From: Elusimicrobiota bacterium
GTDB lineage: Bacteria; Elusimicrobiota; Elusimicrobia; UBA1565
Assembly (NCBI GenBank): GCA_043827405.1
Contig: JBDRPD010000068.1
Coordinates: 1-64,000, forward strand
DNA length: 64,000 nt
Direction of reading: 5' to 3'
A program made the position numbers and the translations under genes. Positions within the stretch are counted from its first letter, which is position 1. Each line of letters opens with the position of its first letter. The notes beneath the pieces were generated by a model. That model ran no database searches, was not told the origin of the DNA, and saw nothing but the letters and a program-made list of their open reading frames with translations. This document shows, one piece after another, positions 25,550 through 33,564 of this stretch.

Positions 25550-26329
25550 ATGAGAAGAATAATGATGGGAATAGGAAGCCTGGCGGCCTGCGCGCTGCTG
25601 GTCGCGGCGTCGGCGCCGCCGGAGCTTCTGGCGCAGGGCAAGGAGGTTACCGCGGGCGTCGTCATCGACGTGCGCGGCAAACCGCGCATCGTGCGGCGTA
25701 AGGATGCGGCTGAGCTGGACGGCATATCGCGGGAGGACAAGGACAAGGCCGGCCAGCGGCTTAAGACGAACAAGTTCGTTTATGAGGGCGATGTGATCAT
25801 CACCGGCCGCAGCGACCGGGCGGCGGTCGCCTTCGTGGGCGGCGCCGAGGTCCGCATTAACTCGAACTCGGAGTTCGTCGTCGAATCGGGGGGGGGGCGC
25901 CGGCCGACAAGCCTGTTCACCCGGGTGGGGCAGGCCTGGACGCGGATGCTGCACGGCAAGTCGGGCATGAACATCCGCACGCCGCTGGCCGTGGCCGCGG
26001 TGCGCGGTACGGAAGCGGACGTGGACATGGGCCAGCGCCTGGACGTCAAGGTCTATGAGGGCCACGTTGATGTCTCAAACAAGTACGGCACTCAGACGCT
26101 GCGGGCCGGGATGATGACGTCGGTCTCGGGGCCGGGGGTCGCTCCGGCGGGCGCGCGCCGTATGGGCGAGGGCGATCAGGGCAGCTGGCAGAATGCGCTG
26201 CAGCCGAAAGCCATCGAGAAGAAGCTCCAGCGCCTGCAGCAGAAGGCGGACAAGGAGCGCAAGGTCCAGCTGAAGTACATGCAGGACGGCAAGCCGGAGG
26301 AGCTGAACCTGGAACTGGAGAAGAAGTAA
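25550..26329 (+). CDS. Exported FecR-domain protein
   Basis: GGAGG RBS before ATG 25550. Signal peptide. GDVIITG..RAAVAF..GAEVRINSNS and IRTPLAVAAVRGT...VKVYEGHVDV motifs. Confidence 0.85.
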   Translation: MRRIMMGIGSLAACALLVAASAPPELLAQGKEVTAGVVIDVRGKPRIVRRKDAAELDGISREDKDKAGQRLKTNKFVYEGDVIITGRSDRAAVAFVGGAEVRINSNSEFVVESGGGRRPTSLFTRVGQAWTRMLHGKSGMNIRTPLAVAAVRGTEADVDMGQRLDVKVYEGHVDVSNKYGTQTLRAGMMTSVSGPGVAPAGARRMGEGDQGSWQNALQPKAIEKKLQRLQQKADKERKVQLKYMQDGKPEELNLELEKK

Positions 26330-26362
26330 GACGCCGGCTGAGGGCCGGCTGGAATAGACAGC

Positions 26363-28294
26363 ATGCTGGACTTAAGACGCAGCGTACTCCCCCTAGGACT
26401 CGCCGCCGCCTGCCTGTGCCTCGGCTTCGCCGGGGCACAGGCGGCGGATTCGGCGAGTCTGCAATTTACCATCCCCGCGCCGAATCCCATCCAGGCCGGG
26501 GAGACGCTCGCCCTGCAGGCGCTGGGCGTCAATACCGGCGCCCAGACCTGGACCGCCGGCTCTTATTACTGGGTGGCGGAGGTTTACGACCTCGAATACA
26601 ACCTGGTGGCGCGAACCGATCAGGTCTCGCCGCCCGAGGACGTGCGGCGCGGCGCGGTGGCTTCGATATCGCTGTCGTTCCGGGTGCCGGAAACCTTGGT
26701 CGGGCGTCATCTTTACCGCATCTATCTGGTTAAGAATGCCCAGACCCTGATCGAATCGCAGTACACGCCGTTCCAGGTCCTGTATCGTCCTCTGCCGCCC
26801 AAGCCCAAGGTCGTCGACTACCGCGTTGAGGGCAATGTTACGGTTTCCTACAAGAATGTCCGGCGCAGCGGAGCATCCTCCGAGCATACCGGCGCCACAA
26901 CCATGAACGCCGTCGGCAAGATCAAGGAGTCCTCCTATCTATTTAACGCCTATATCCTGCATGAGCGAGGTCAGGCTTTTGATCCGTTTATCCTCCTCTT
27001 CACCTACTACGCGCCTTGGGGTACGGTGTACGGCGGGGACCTTACGCCGACCTTGAGCGAGCTGTCGGTCAACGGCCAGGGTTTCCGCGGCGTCATGCTC
27101 GAACAGCGGCGCGGGCGCTTCGATTGGACGGTTCTCGGCGGGCAGTCGATCGAGTCGCAGGCCGGCACTTCGGCGACCAACGGCCGTTTCGCGCGCACCC
27201 TTTACGCCGGCAAGCTCGGCATCGAGGCGGCGGAGTCGGTCAAGACCGCTCTGACCTACTTCCTGAGCGCCGACGAGCCGGGCTCGCTGAGCACCGACCC
27301 GGATTCCCCCAAGTACCGCGGTCCGTCTTTGACGCCGCAGAAGAACCAGGGCACGGGCGCGGCGCTTTCCTGGGAGCCGGTGGAAAAGCTCAAGCTCCTG
27401 GCCGATTATCAGAGCAATGCGTTTTTTGATGATTCAGCGGGCGCCAGCGTGAAGGATACCGCCTGGCGCGGAGAGCTGCGCTGGGAGCGCAGGTATTTCA
27501 AGTTCAAGAGCTCGCTGCAGGAGGCGGGGCCGGATTTCGTCGCCTTCGGCGCCCCGGGCATCGTCGGCGACCGGCGGACCTTCGCCGGCGGCCTGAGCCT
27601 CTATCCCGCGTCCTGGTACACGGTGACGCTCAACGGCACGCAGTACGAGGACAACCTCGACAATAATCCCGCGCGGGTGACGACCAGCCAGCGCGTGGTG
27701 TCGGTCGGTAATGCCCTGCAGCTCAAGACCGGTACCAACCTGAATGCCTCGATGACGATGAATACCGCCGAAGGCAAGCCCAAATCGGCGCTCGACAACC
27801 AGACCACGACCGCGGGTTTGGGCATCTCGCAGAGCCTGGGCCGCCATAGCGCGTCGCTTAACAGCTCGCTCAGCCAGTTCCGCGACAACAATAAGCTGGC
27901 CAGCGACCTGGATACGATGACCGTATCGCTCTCCGGCAGCTTCGTCCTTCCCAACCGCGCCAGCTGCTCGTTCGGCGTCACCCAGTCGGAGACCAAGGAT
28001 AAAGGGGACGGCTCGAAGCGCACCAGCCGCACGGTATCGCCCAGCTACTCGAAACGCTTTTCGAGCTCCTATGTCGTGCAGTTGTGGGGAACGCTCACGC
28101 AGACCCAAAACGACAATCCGCTTCTCGCGGCGGATACGCAGAACGTCGCGGCCAACTCCGAGCTGACCTGGGCGCAGTCCAACGTGCTGAACCTGACCTT
28201 CGGGCTCGGCTACAACAAAAACACCGATAAGATTCGCGCGAACAACAGCTACAACGAGATCGTCCTGTCCAGCCGGCTGTCCTACTCTTTCTAG
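26363..28294 (+). CDS. Putative outer-membrane beta-barrel protein with N-terminal Ig-like domain
   Basis: Signal peptide (AQAA), alternating amphipathic strands over the C-terminal ~450 aa, and terminal SRLSYSF (BAM beta-signal-like, final Phe). Confidence 0.75.
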   Translation: MLDLRRSVLPLGLAAACLCLGFAGAQAADSASLQFTIPAPNPIQAGETLALQALGVNTGAQTWTAGSYYWVAEVYDLEYNLVARTDQVSPPEDVRRGAVASISLSFRVPETLVGRHLYRIYLVKNAQTLIESQYTPFQVLYRPLPPKPKVVDYRVEGNVTVSYKNVRRSGASSEHTGATTMNAVGKIKESSYLFNAYILHERGQAFDPFILLFTYYAPWGTVYGGDLTPTLSELSVNGQGFRGVMLEQRRGRFDWTVLGGQSIESQAGTSATNGRFARTLYAGKLGIEAAESVKTALTYFLSADEPGSLSTDPDSPKYRGPSLTPQKNQGTGAALSWEPVEKLKLLADYQSNAFFDDSAGASVKDTAWRGELRWERRYFKFKSSLQEAGPDFVAFGAPGIVGDRRTFAGGLSLYPASWYTVTLNGTQYEDNLDNNPARVTTSQRVVSVGNALQLKTGTNLNASMTMNTAEGKPKSALDNQTTTAGLGISQSLGRHSASLNSSLSQFRDNNKLASDLDTMTVSLSGSFVLPNRASCSFGVTQSETKDKGDGSKRTSRTVSPSYSKRFSSSYVVQLWGTLTQTQNDNPLLAADTQNVAANSELTWAQSNVLNLTFGLGYNKNTDKIRANNSYNEIVLSSRLSYSF

Positions 28295-28321
28295 GTCTGC
28301 CCCGCCTTACCTGAAAGGCGG

Positions 28322-29260
28322 CTAGGGCCGCGGCTTCCTTCTCTGGCGGGTCGCGCGATTCGACGGGGTGTTCTTCTTGGGGGCGTTTTCGGCGCGCTGG
28401 GCGCGCGCGAGGAATTTTTGCAGCGTCTTGTCTTTGGGCGCCAGCTTGAGCGCCCGGCCCCATATCTGGCGCGCCTGCGGGTAGCGCTTCAGCTGGTAGT
28501 AGGCGGAGCCCAGGCGCTTAAGGGAGTCGATGTCGTTGGGCTCCAGCGCCAATACCTCGTTAAGCTGCTTGATCGCAAAATGGTATTTCCCGTCGTAGAT
28601 GTAGTCGAGGGCGATGACGCGCTTGTAGTCGATGAGCTTCATCCCGGGCGTAATCTTTTCGTCGGCCAGCGTCTTGTCTTCCTTAAGGATGAGCTGGAGT
28701 ATGAGGTCGAAGCGCTTCTCTCCGGCGTTGAGGTCTTTGGCGTGCCGCAGCCCGTTGTAGGCCAGCCGCAGATTGTCCTCGCGCGCGATGTAGCCGGTCA
28801 GCCCGCGCGCCGCGCGCACCCAGGCCTGCTGATGCGGGGCTTTTTTGATGACTTCGGTAAGTAGCTCCAGCCGGTTCTGCAGCTTTACATATAAGGGGTG
28901 ATCCGGATCGCGGCCCAGCAGCGGCTGCAGTTCGAGGTAGGCCGCCTGATAGTCGCCCTCGGCGACATTGTCGAACAGGCTGTCCTGCGCCTTCTTGTCG
29001 CGTTCGTCGATCTTTGTGCGGGCGTCGCGGATCATCTTCTCCGCGGTCTTCTGGTTGCGGTCGATCGCCAGAACTTCGTTCCATTCCTTTATAGCTTTCG
29101 TGAATTGGCCGGCGGTGTAGTATTCAAAGGCCTGTTTGTAGTGGCCCTTGAAATCCAGCAGCTCCTGCTTCTCATCGCTTGGGGCCGCCGTCACCGTCGC
29201 GGCACGGGCCGCGAGCGGAGCGGCGCAGAGCGCGGCCAGCAGCAGTGCCCGGCCTCTCAT
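28322..29260 (-). CDS. Exported TPR protein (~312 aa)
   Basis: ATG at 29260 overlaps the motB stop (ATGA). Signal peptide MRGRALLLAALCAAPLAARA. TPRs such as AIKQLNEVLALEPNDIDSLKRLGSAYY. Confidence 0.85.
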   Translation of the reverse strand: MRGRALLLAALCAAPLAARAATVTAAPSDEKQELLDFKGHYKQAFEYYTAGQFTKAIKEWNEVLAIDRNQKTAEKMIRDARTKIDERDKKAQDSLFDNVAEGDYQAAYLELQPLLGRDPDHPLYVKLQNRLELLTEVIKKAPHQQAWVRAARGLTGYIAREDNLRLAYNGLRHAKDLNAGEKRFDLILQLILKEDKTLADEKITPGMKLIDYKRVIALDYIYDGKYHFAIKQLNEVLALEPNDIDSLKRLGSAYYQLKRYPQARQIWGRALKLAPKDKTLQKFLARAQRAENAPKKNTPSNRATRQRRKPRP

Positions 29261-29907
29261 TTGCTGCGCATCTCCCGGATGATCGTGATTTCGATGCGGC
29301 GGTTCTTGCGGCGTCCCGGTACGGTGTCGTTGGGCGCCGCCGGCCGGTATTCGCCGTAGCCCCGGGCATGGAACCGCTCGGGCGCCAGACCTTGGCGGGA
29401 AAAGTAGCGGATCACCGAGAAGGCCCGGGCGGCGGAAAGCTCCCAGTTGGTGCGGTGCTCGCCGCGCCGGATTGGCCGGTCGTCGGTGTGGCCTTTCACG
29501 ATAACGGCGTTGGGCACGTCGGCGAGTAGCCGTGCCAGCGGCAGCAGCACGCCCGCGCCGCTCCGGCTGAGCCGGCCGGAGCCGAAGCGGAACAGCACCG
29601 GGCTGGGCAGGGTGATGTGGATGTAGTGGGCGGTAATGCGCAGGCCGAAGTCCTTGAGCGCCAGCCCCTCCATGAGGTCTTTTACATCGGAGGCCAGTTC
29701 CGCCTGGCGCAGGTTGATCGCGGCGGCCTCGGCGCTCTCGGCGCTGGCCAGGACCTGCTCGATCTTGCGCAGCGTCTTCTCCATCCCGGCGGCGTTGTTG
29801 AAGGAGTAGGCAAAGAGCGCGAGAAACAGGATCATAAGGATGGTCATGAGGTCGGCGTAGGGCACCATCCACAGCCCGGTAGCGTCCCTGCTGCCGCCGG
29901 TGCTCAT
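29257..29907 (-). CDS. motB: MotB-family stator subunit 2 (TM + OmpA-like peptidoglycan-binding domain)
   Basis: WMVPYADLMTILMILF with the conserved Asp; GHTDD, NWELSAARA, GYGEYRP, NRRIEI. Confidence 0.92.
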   Translation of the reverse strand: MSTGGSRDATGLWMVPYADLMTILMILFLALFAYSFNNAAGMEKTLRKIEQVLASAESAEAAAINLRQAELASDVKDLMEGLALKDFGLRITAHYIHITLPSPVLFRFGSGRLSRSGAGVLLPLARLLADVPNAVIVKGHTDDRPIRRGEHRTNWELSAARAFSVIRYFSRQGLAPERFHARGYGEYRPAAPNDTVPGRRKNRRIEITIIREMRSK

Positions 29908-30584
29908 CCCTCCGCTCCCTGACGCAGAATGACGATCTCGACGCGCCGGTTGCGCGCGCGATTGCCGCTGCTGTCATTGGGCGCGACGGGATGGAACTCG
30001 CCGTAGCCCGCCGCTACCAGCCGCGCCGGCGCGACGCCTTCGGCGATGAGCCGTTCGATGACGGAGTACGAGCGCGCCACCGACAGTTCCCAGTTGCTGC
30101 GAAAGCGCATCCTGGTGACGGGGATATTGTCGGTATGGCCTTCGATCACGACCTCGTTCGGGATGGTCTTGAGGACCCCGGCGAGGACGCTGAGCGTGCC
30201 GCCGGCGCGCGGGTCGAGCTGCGAGCGCGCGGTTTTGAACAGGAGGTTTTCGCGCAGGCGGACGCGGACCGCGGTCTCGGTCTCAAGAACCTCGGCCGCA
30301 TCCTGCAGCCCCTCTTCCTTGAGCAGGCGGCGCAGCCGCTCCGCCGTTTCGGCGGCGGGGGGCGTCGGCGGCTCATCCGGCGTGATCTCCTGAGGGGGTT
30401 CGATGATCTCTTTGACGGCGAAGGTGCGGACGAACTCCGCCCGCTGGTCCTCCGGCTGATAGGTGTAGGAGAACATCATGAGAAAAAACAGCATCAGGAT
30501 GGTCATCATGTCGCACAGGACGACGAGCCAGATCGGGTTCTTGTCTTCGCTTTGCGGACGGGTGTAGCGGTCGAGCAGGCTCAT
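29904..30584 (-). CDS. motB: MotB-family stator subunit 1
   Basis: WLVVLCDMMTILMLFF with the conserved Asp; EGHTDN, NWELSVARS, GYGEFHP, NRRVEI. Confidence 0.92.
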   Translation of the reverse strand: MSLLDRYTRPQSEDKNPIWLVVLCDMMTILMLFFLMMFSYTYQPEDQRAEFVRTFAVKEIIEPPQEITPDEPPTPPAAETAERLRRLLKEEGLQDAAEVLETETAVRVRLRENLLFKTARSQLDPRAGGTLSVLAGVLKTIPNEVVIEGHTDNIPVTRMRFRSNWELSVARSYSVIERLIAEGVAPARLVAAGYGEFHPVAPNDSSGNRARNRRVEIVILRQGAEG

Positions 30585-31372
30585 GACGGGACCTGGTAGT
30601 CCTTGGCCCCGCTGCGCCGCAGCTCAAAAGTGAGATAGGCTTCCAGCTTCTTGGCGATAAGCCAAGGCGCTTCACCGTCCTGCATGGCGAGGATGCCCTG
30701 GGCGATGAGCTCGCGCGCCAGAACCTCCTCGTCGGAGTAGAACGTCAGCTTGTTGGAGATCGGCAGGAACAGGAAATTCGCCGCGAAGATGCCGTAGAAG
30801 GACGCCGTCATGGCCACCGCCATCTTGCGGCCGATGAGCGAGGGCGTCGATATGTTCTTGAGGACGGCGACCACCCCGATCAAAGTTCCCAGCAGGCCGA
30901 AGATGGGCGCGAAAGTCCCGGCCGAGCGGAAGACGCCGCTGATCTGGTCGTGGCGGTGGCGGGTAGCCAAAATATCGCGCCGGCAGCGCTCCGCTACCGT
31001 TCCCTTGTCGAGCCCATCGAGCAGCATCTGGATGCAGTCCTGCATAAAAGGGTGGGGCAGGCTTTTGAGCTCCGTGCCCAGGGAGTCGATTCCCTGGCGG
31101 CGCGCCTTTTCGGACAGCCGGACGAAGGTGCTGATCAGGTGATTGGGCTGCGGGCGCTTGGGCGGGATGACCATCATCTTCACCGCGCTCGGGATATGTC
31201 TGAGGGCGGACGCCGGGTAGCTGATGAGCACGGAGCCGAGAGTGCCGCCGAAGATCAGGACGATGGCCTCCGGGTTGAGCAGGAACTGAACCATGTCGCT
31301 GACGATGAGAACGAATAGAATCACGCCGAGCCCCACCGTGGCGCCGATGATGGTCATGAAATCGATTCGCAT
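30581..31372 (-). CDS. motA: MotA/PomA-family stator subunit
   Basis: MDFMTIIG-like start, IFGGTLG, ARRQG, PF...DG, APIFGLLGTLIG, MAVAMTASFYG..AN..FLP. Confidence 0.93.
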   Translation of the reverse strand: MRIDFMTIIGATVGLGVILFVLIVSDMVQFLLNPEAIVLIFGGTLGSVLISYPASALRHIPSAVKMMVIPPKRPQPNHLISTFVRLSEKARRQGIDSLGTELKSLPHPFMQDCIQMLLDGLDKGTVAERCRRDILATRHRHDQISGVFRSAGTFAPIFGLLGTLIGVVAVLKNISTPSLIGRKMAVAMTASFYGIFAANFLFLPISNKLTFYSDEEVLARELIAQGILAMQDGEAPWLIAKKLEAYLTFELRRSGAKDYQVPS

Positions 31373-31378
31373 GAGGCG

Positions 31379-33082
31379 CTACGGCGCGGAGCCGTCCTCC
31401 GGTTGCTCGAAGCGCCGCGGCCGGATGCCGGGTTCGCTGTCGAGCGGTTCGTCGTCGTCGATGTCGAAGTCGTCCGCGGGCGGTTCCTGCCGCGCGGCGG
31501 GCCGCGGCCGGGGCCGCGCCTTGGGCGCCGGCGGTGCGGCGGCGGGAGAGCGTTCCGGTTCAGAGGCGGCATGCAGCCAGGACTCATCCACCTCTTCGTC
31601 GGTGTCCGTGCCTTCCAGCTCCTCGTCGTCCATGACGGCGGCGACGGGCGTGCCCGCATCGGCATCGTCGCGCCGCAGGATGATCTCGCCGTCGCGTACC
31701 AGCCGGGTGAGCGCGGAGAGCACCGTCTTCTGCTCGGCCGCCAGCATGCCGGGCGGCAGGTCCTGGGACAGCTCGATCTCCTGGGTCAGCCATTGTCCCA
31801 GACCGGCGGTCAGTTTCGGCAGCAGGCGGCCCTGCAGATCCTGGTTGCCCTTGAGGACCGCCGCGATGCTCTTGAGCTGCACGCTGCGCGACAGCGTCTT
31901 CAAGTCGTCGCCGCCGAGCAGCGCCAGGTCCTCCAGCGTCACCAGGCGGCGGCCGAGGCGGCGGCCGAGATCGGGGTCCTTGCTGGCGAGCGCGCTGATG
32001 AGCTCCTCCTGCATCCCGGCGGGTACTTCCTCGAGGATGGCCGCGAGCTTGTCCTCGCCGCCCATCAGATAATTGATTTTCTTGAAGACGTTGGCCTCGA
32101 CCGCCTTGACCTCGGTCTCCTCCAGCTGCGTTACGCGGCTCATATAGCGGATGACCTCGCGGCGCTTGTCTATCTTCAGGCCGACCAGAATCTGCGCGGC
32201 AAGACGCGGCGGCAGATAATGCGTGATGACCGCGGTGGTGCGCGGCGTCATGCGGCGCATGAGATGCGCCAGCATCGGCAGGTTCTTCTCGCTGACGAAG
32301 CCGAACGGCAGCTTCTCCCGCTCGGCGCCATGGGCATGCCCGTTGCCGTTGGAGGTCTTCGCGCCGTTGGCGAGTTTGGGGGCCTCCACCGCCGCCGCGG
32401 CCAGCCGCGGGATTTCCGTTCCGGACGGCGGCGGCTCATGCTTGGCGGTGGACCAGTGCGTCAGCGCCTCGCTCGCCAAACGGATGATCGGCCGGGCAAA
32501 GCTGATATAGGCGAGGAGCATCCCGCATAGCGCGGAGAGGAGCCACAGTATGGAGATGATGGTCTGCGGCCGGAGCAGGTCGCCGCCCCAGGCCGAGTCC
32601 CTGAAGGCGCCGGCTGCTGCTGCTGCGCCTTCGGCGCCGGCCTCGCGCCGCATGCGGAGCTTCTCGATGAGGAAGCGGTCGCCCCGCGCCTTGTCGAGGC
32701 CGAGGATGTCATTGGCGGTGCGCTCGATGAGCTCAAGGTCCTTCGGCGGCGTATTATGTTCGACTATGACGACCGCCGACAGGCTCTTGAGCATGGTCAT
32801 CGCGATGCCGCCCGTGGTCGGCGTATTTGGCGCGGGGACGCCCGGCATCAGCTCGTCCTCGAGCTCTTCGGCGCTGTAGAGCTCGGCCTTGACGATGACG
32901 ATGACGTCGTCGGTCCCCAAGGCTTTTTGCAGCACGGTCAGCAGGCGCTTTTCGAGGGAGGCTTCGAGGGCGATTTTCGTCTCGATGGTCTGGGAGGGGG
33001 ACGCGGACGCGGCATAGGCTTCGCCCGCCAGCGCCGGCAGCAGGCAGAAGCATGCGATAAGTAGGTTCCGCAGTCTTAACAT
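31379..33082 (-). CDS. fliG: FliF-like ring domain + TM + FliG middle/C-terminal fusion protein (~567 aa)
   Basis: Signal peptide from ATG 33082. FliF-C/SpoIIIAG-like LEKRLLTVLQKALG..DVIVIV..LKSLSAVVIV..GLDKARGD. One TM. FliG-like PFGFV..TAVITHYLPPRLAAQIL..MGG..LAAIL..DPDL..TLEDL..LKG..EQK.VL..L.RL..GEI. Confidence 0.8.
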   Translation of the reverse strand: MLRLRNLLIACFCLLPALAGEAYAASASPSQTIETKIALEASLEKRLLTVLQKALGTDDVIVIVKAELYSAEELEDELMPGVPAPNTPTTGGIAMTMLKSLSAVVIVEHNTPPKDLELIERTANDILGLDKARGDRFLIEKLRMRREAGAEGAAAAAGAFRDSAWGGDLLRPQTIISILWLLSALCGMLLAYISFARPIIRLASEALTHWSTAKHEPPPSGTEIPRLAAAAVEAPKLANGAKTSNGNGHAHGAEREKLPFGFVSEKNLPMLAHLMRRMTPRTTAVITHYLPPRLAAQILVGLKIDKRREVIRYMSRVTQLEETEVKAVEANVFKKINYLMGGEDKLAAILEEVPAGMQEELISALASKDPDLGRRLGRRLVTLEDLALLGGDDLKTLSRSVQLKSIAAVLKGNQDLQGRLLPKLTAGLGQWLTQEIELSQDLPPGMLAAEQKTVLSALTRLVRDGEIILRRDDADAGTPVAAVMDDEELEGTDTDEEVDESWLHAASEPERSPAAAPPAPKARPRPRPAARQEPPADDFDIDDDEPLDSEPGIRPRRFEQPEDGSAP

Positions 33083-33252
33083 AGCAATAGAATTCCCAAT
33101 CCGTGCCCGCAATCCGGCACGAATCGGCGTTGAAGCGCTTCGTTCCAATAGTAACAGCGGGCTGTTACGATTTCAAGACTGCGTTAACAAGGATTTAACA
33201 CGCAAAAATAAGCCTTTTCTTTCGACTGCGAGGAGGGAACGTGAAAAAGCCT

Positions 33253-33555
33253 TTAAATGCTGAGCATCCTGTAGTATTCCAGAATCTTCATAATGGACTT
33301 GTAAGTGGACCAGATCATGAATATCGATATGATGCCGATGATAACCGTCAATATCTTTTTCCGGCGCCGCGGCATCACGGGATGCAGCCATACGAGCGGG
33401 AGCATGAAGGGGCCGACGCAGAGAAACGAGACCAATAATGAGCTGTTGCCGTAGTACCAGGGCAGGGCGTCCCCTCGATCCAGGCGCTCGCCGCAGTGCC
33501 TGCATTTGATGGCTTCGTCCTGAATCTCTTCGGCGCAAAAGCGGCACTTTTTCAT
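33253..33555 (-). CDS. Zinc-ribbon membrane protein
   Basis: [21 protein letters not shown] followed by hydrophobic helices. Confidence 0.85.
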   Translation of the reverse strand: MKKCRFCAEEIQDEAIKCRHCGERLDRGDALPWYYGNSSLLVSFLCVGPFMLPLVWLHPVMPRRRKKILTVIIGIISIFMIWSTYKSIMKILEYYRMLSI

Positions 33556-33564
33556 GGTGGGTGA

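Noticed and set aside
29261..29977. 551-aa version of the TPR ORF
   Set aside because: The extension overlaps motB in another frame. ATG 29260 gives a signal peptide and an ATGA overlap.
29257..31372. Zorya anti-phage system or ExbBD/TolQR
   Set aside because: MotA has normal length without the long ZorA tail, and there is no zorC/D/E. The B subunits have OmpA-like domains and a FliG-like partner is adjacent.
28322..33082. Ordinary flagellar operon
   Set aside because: No other flagellar genes are in the window and the FliG is fused and lacks EHPQ. This cannot be fully excluded without the rest of the genome.
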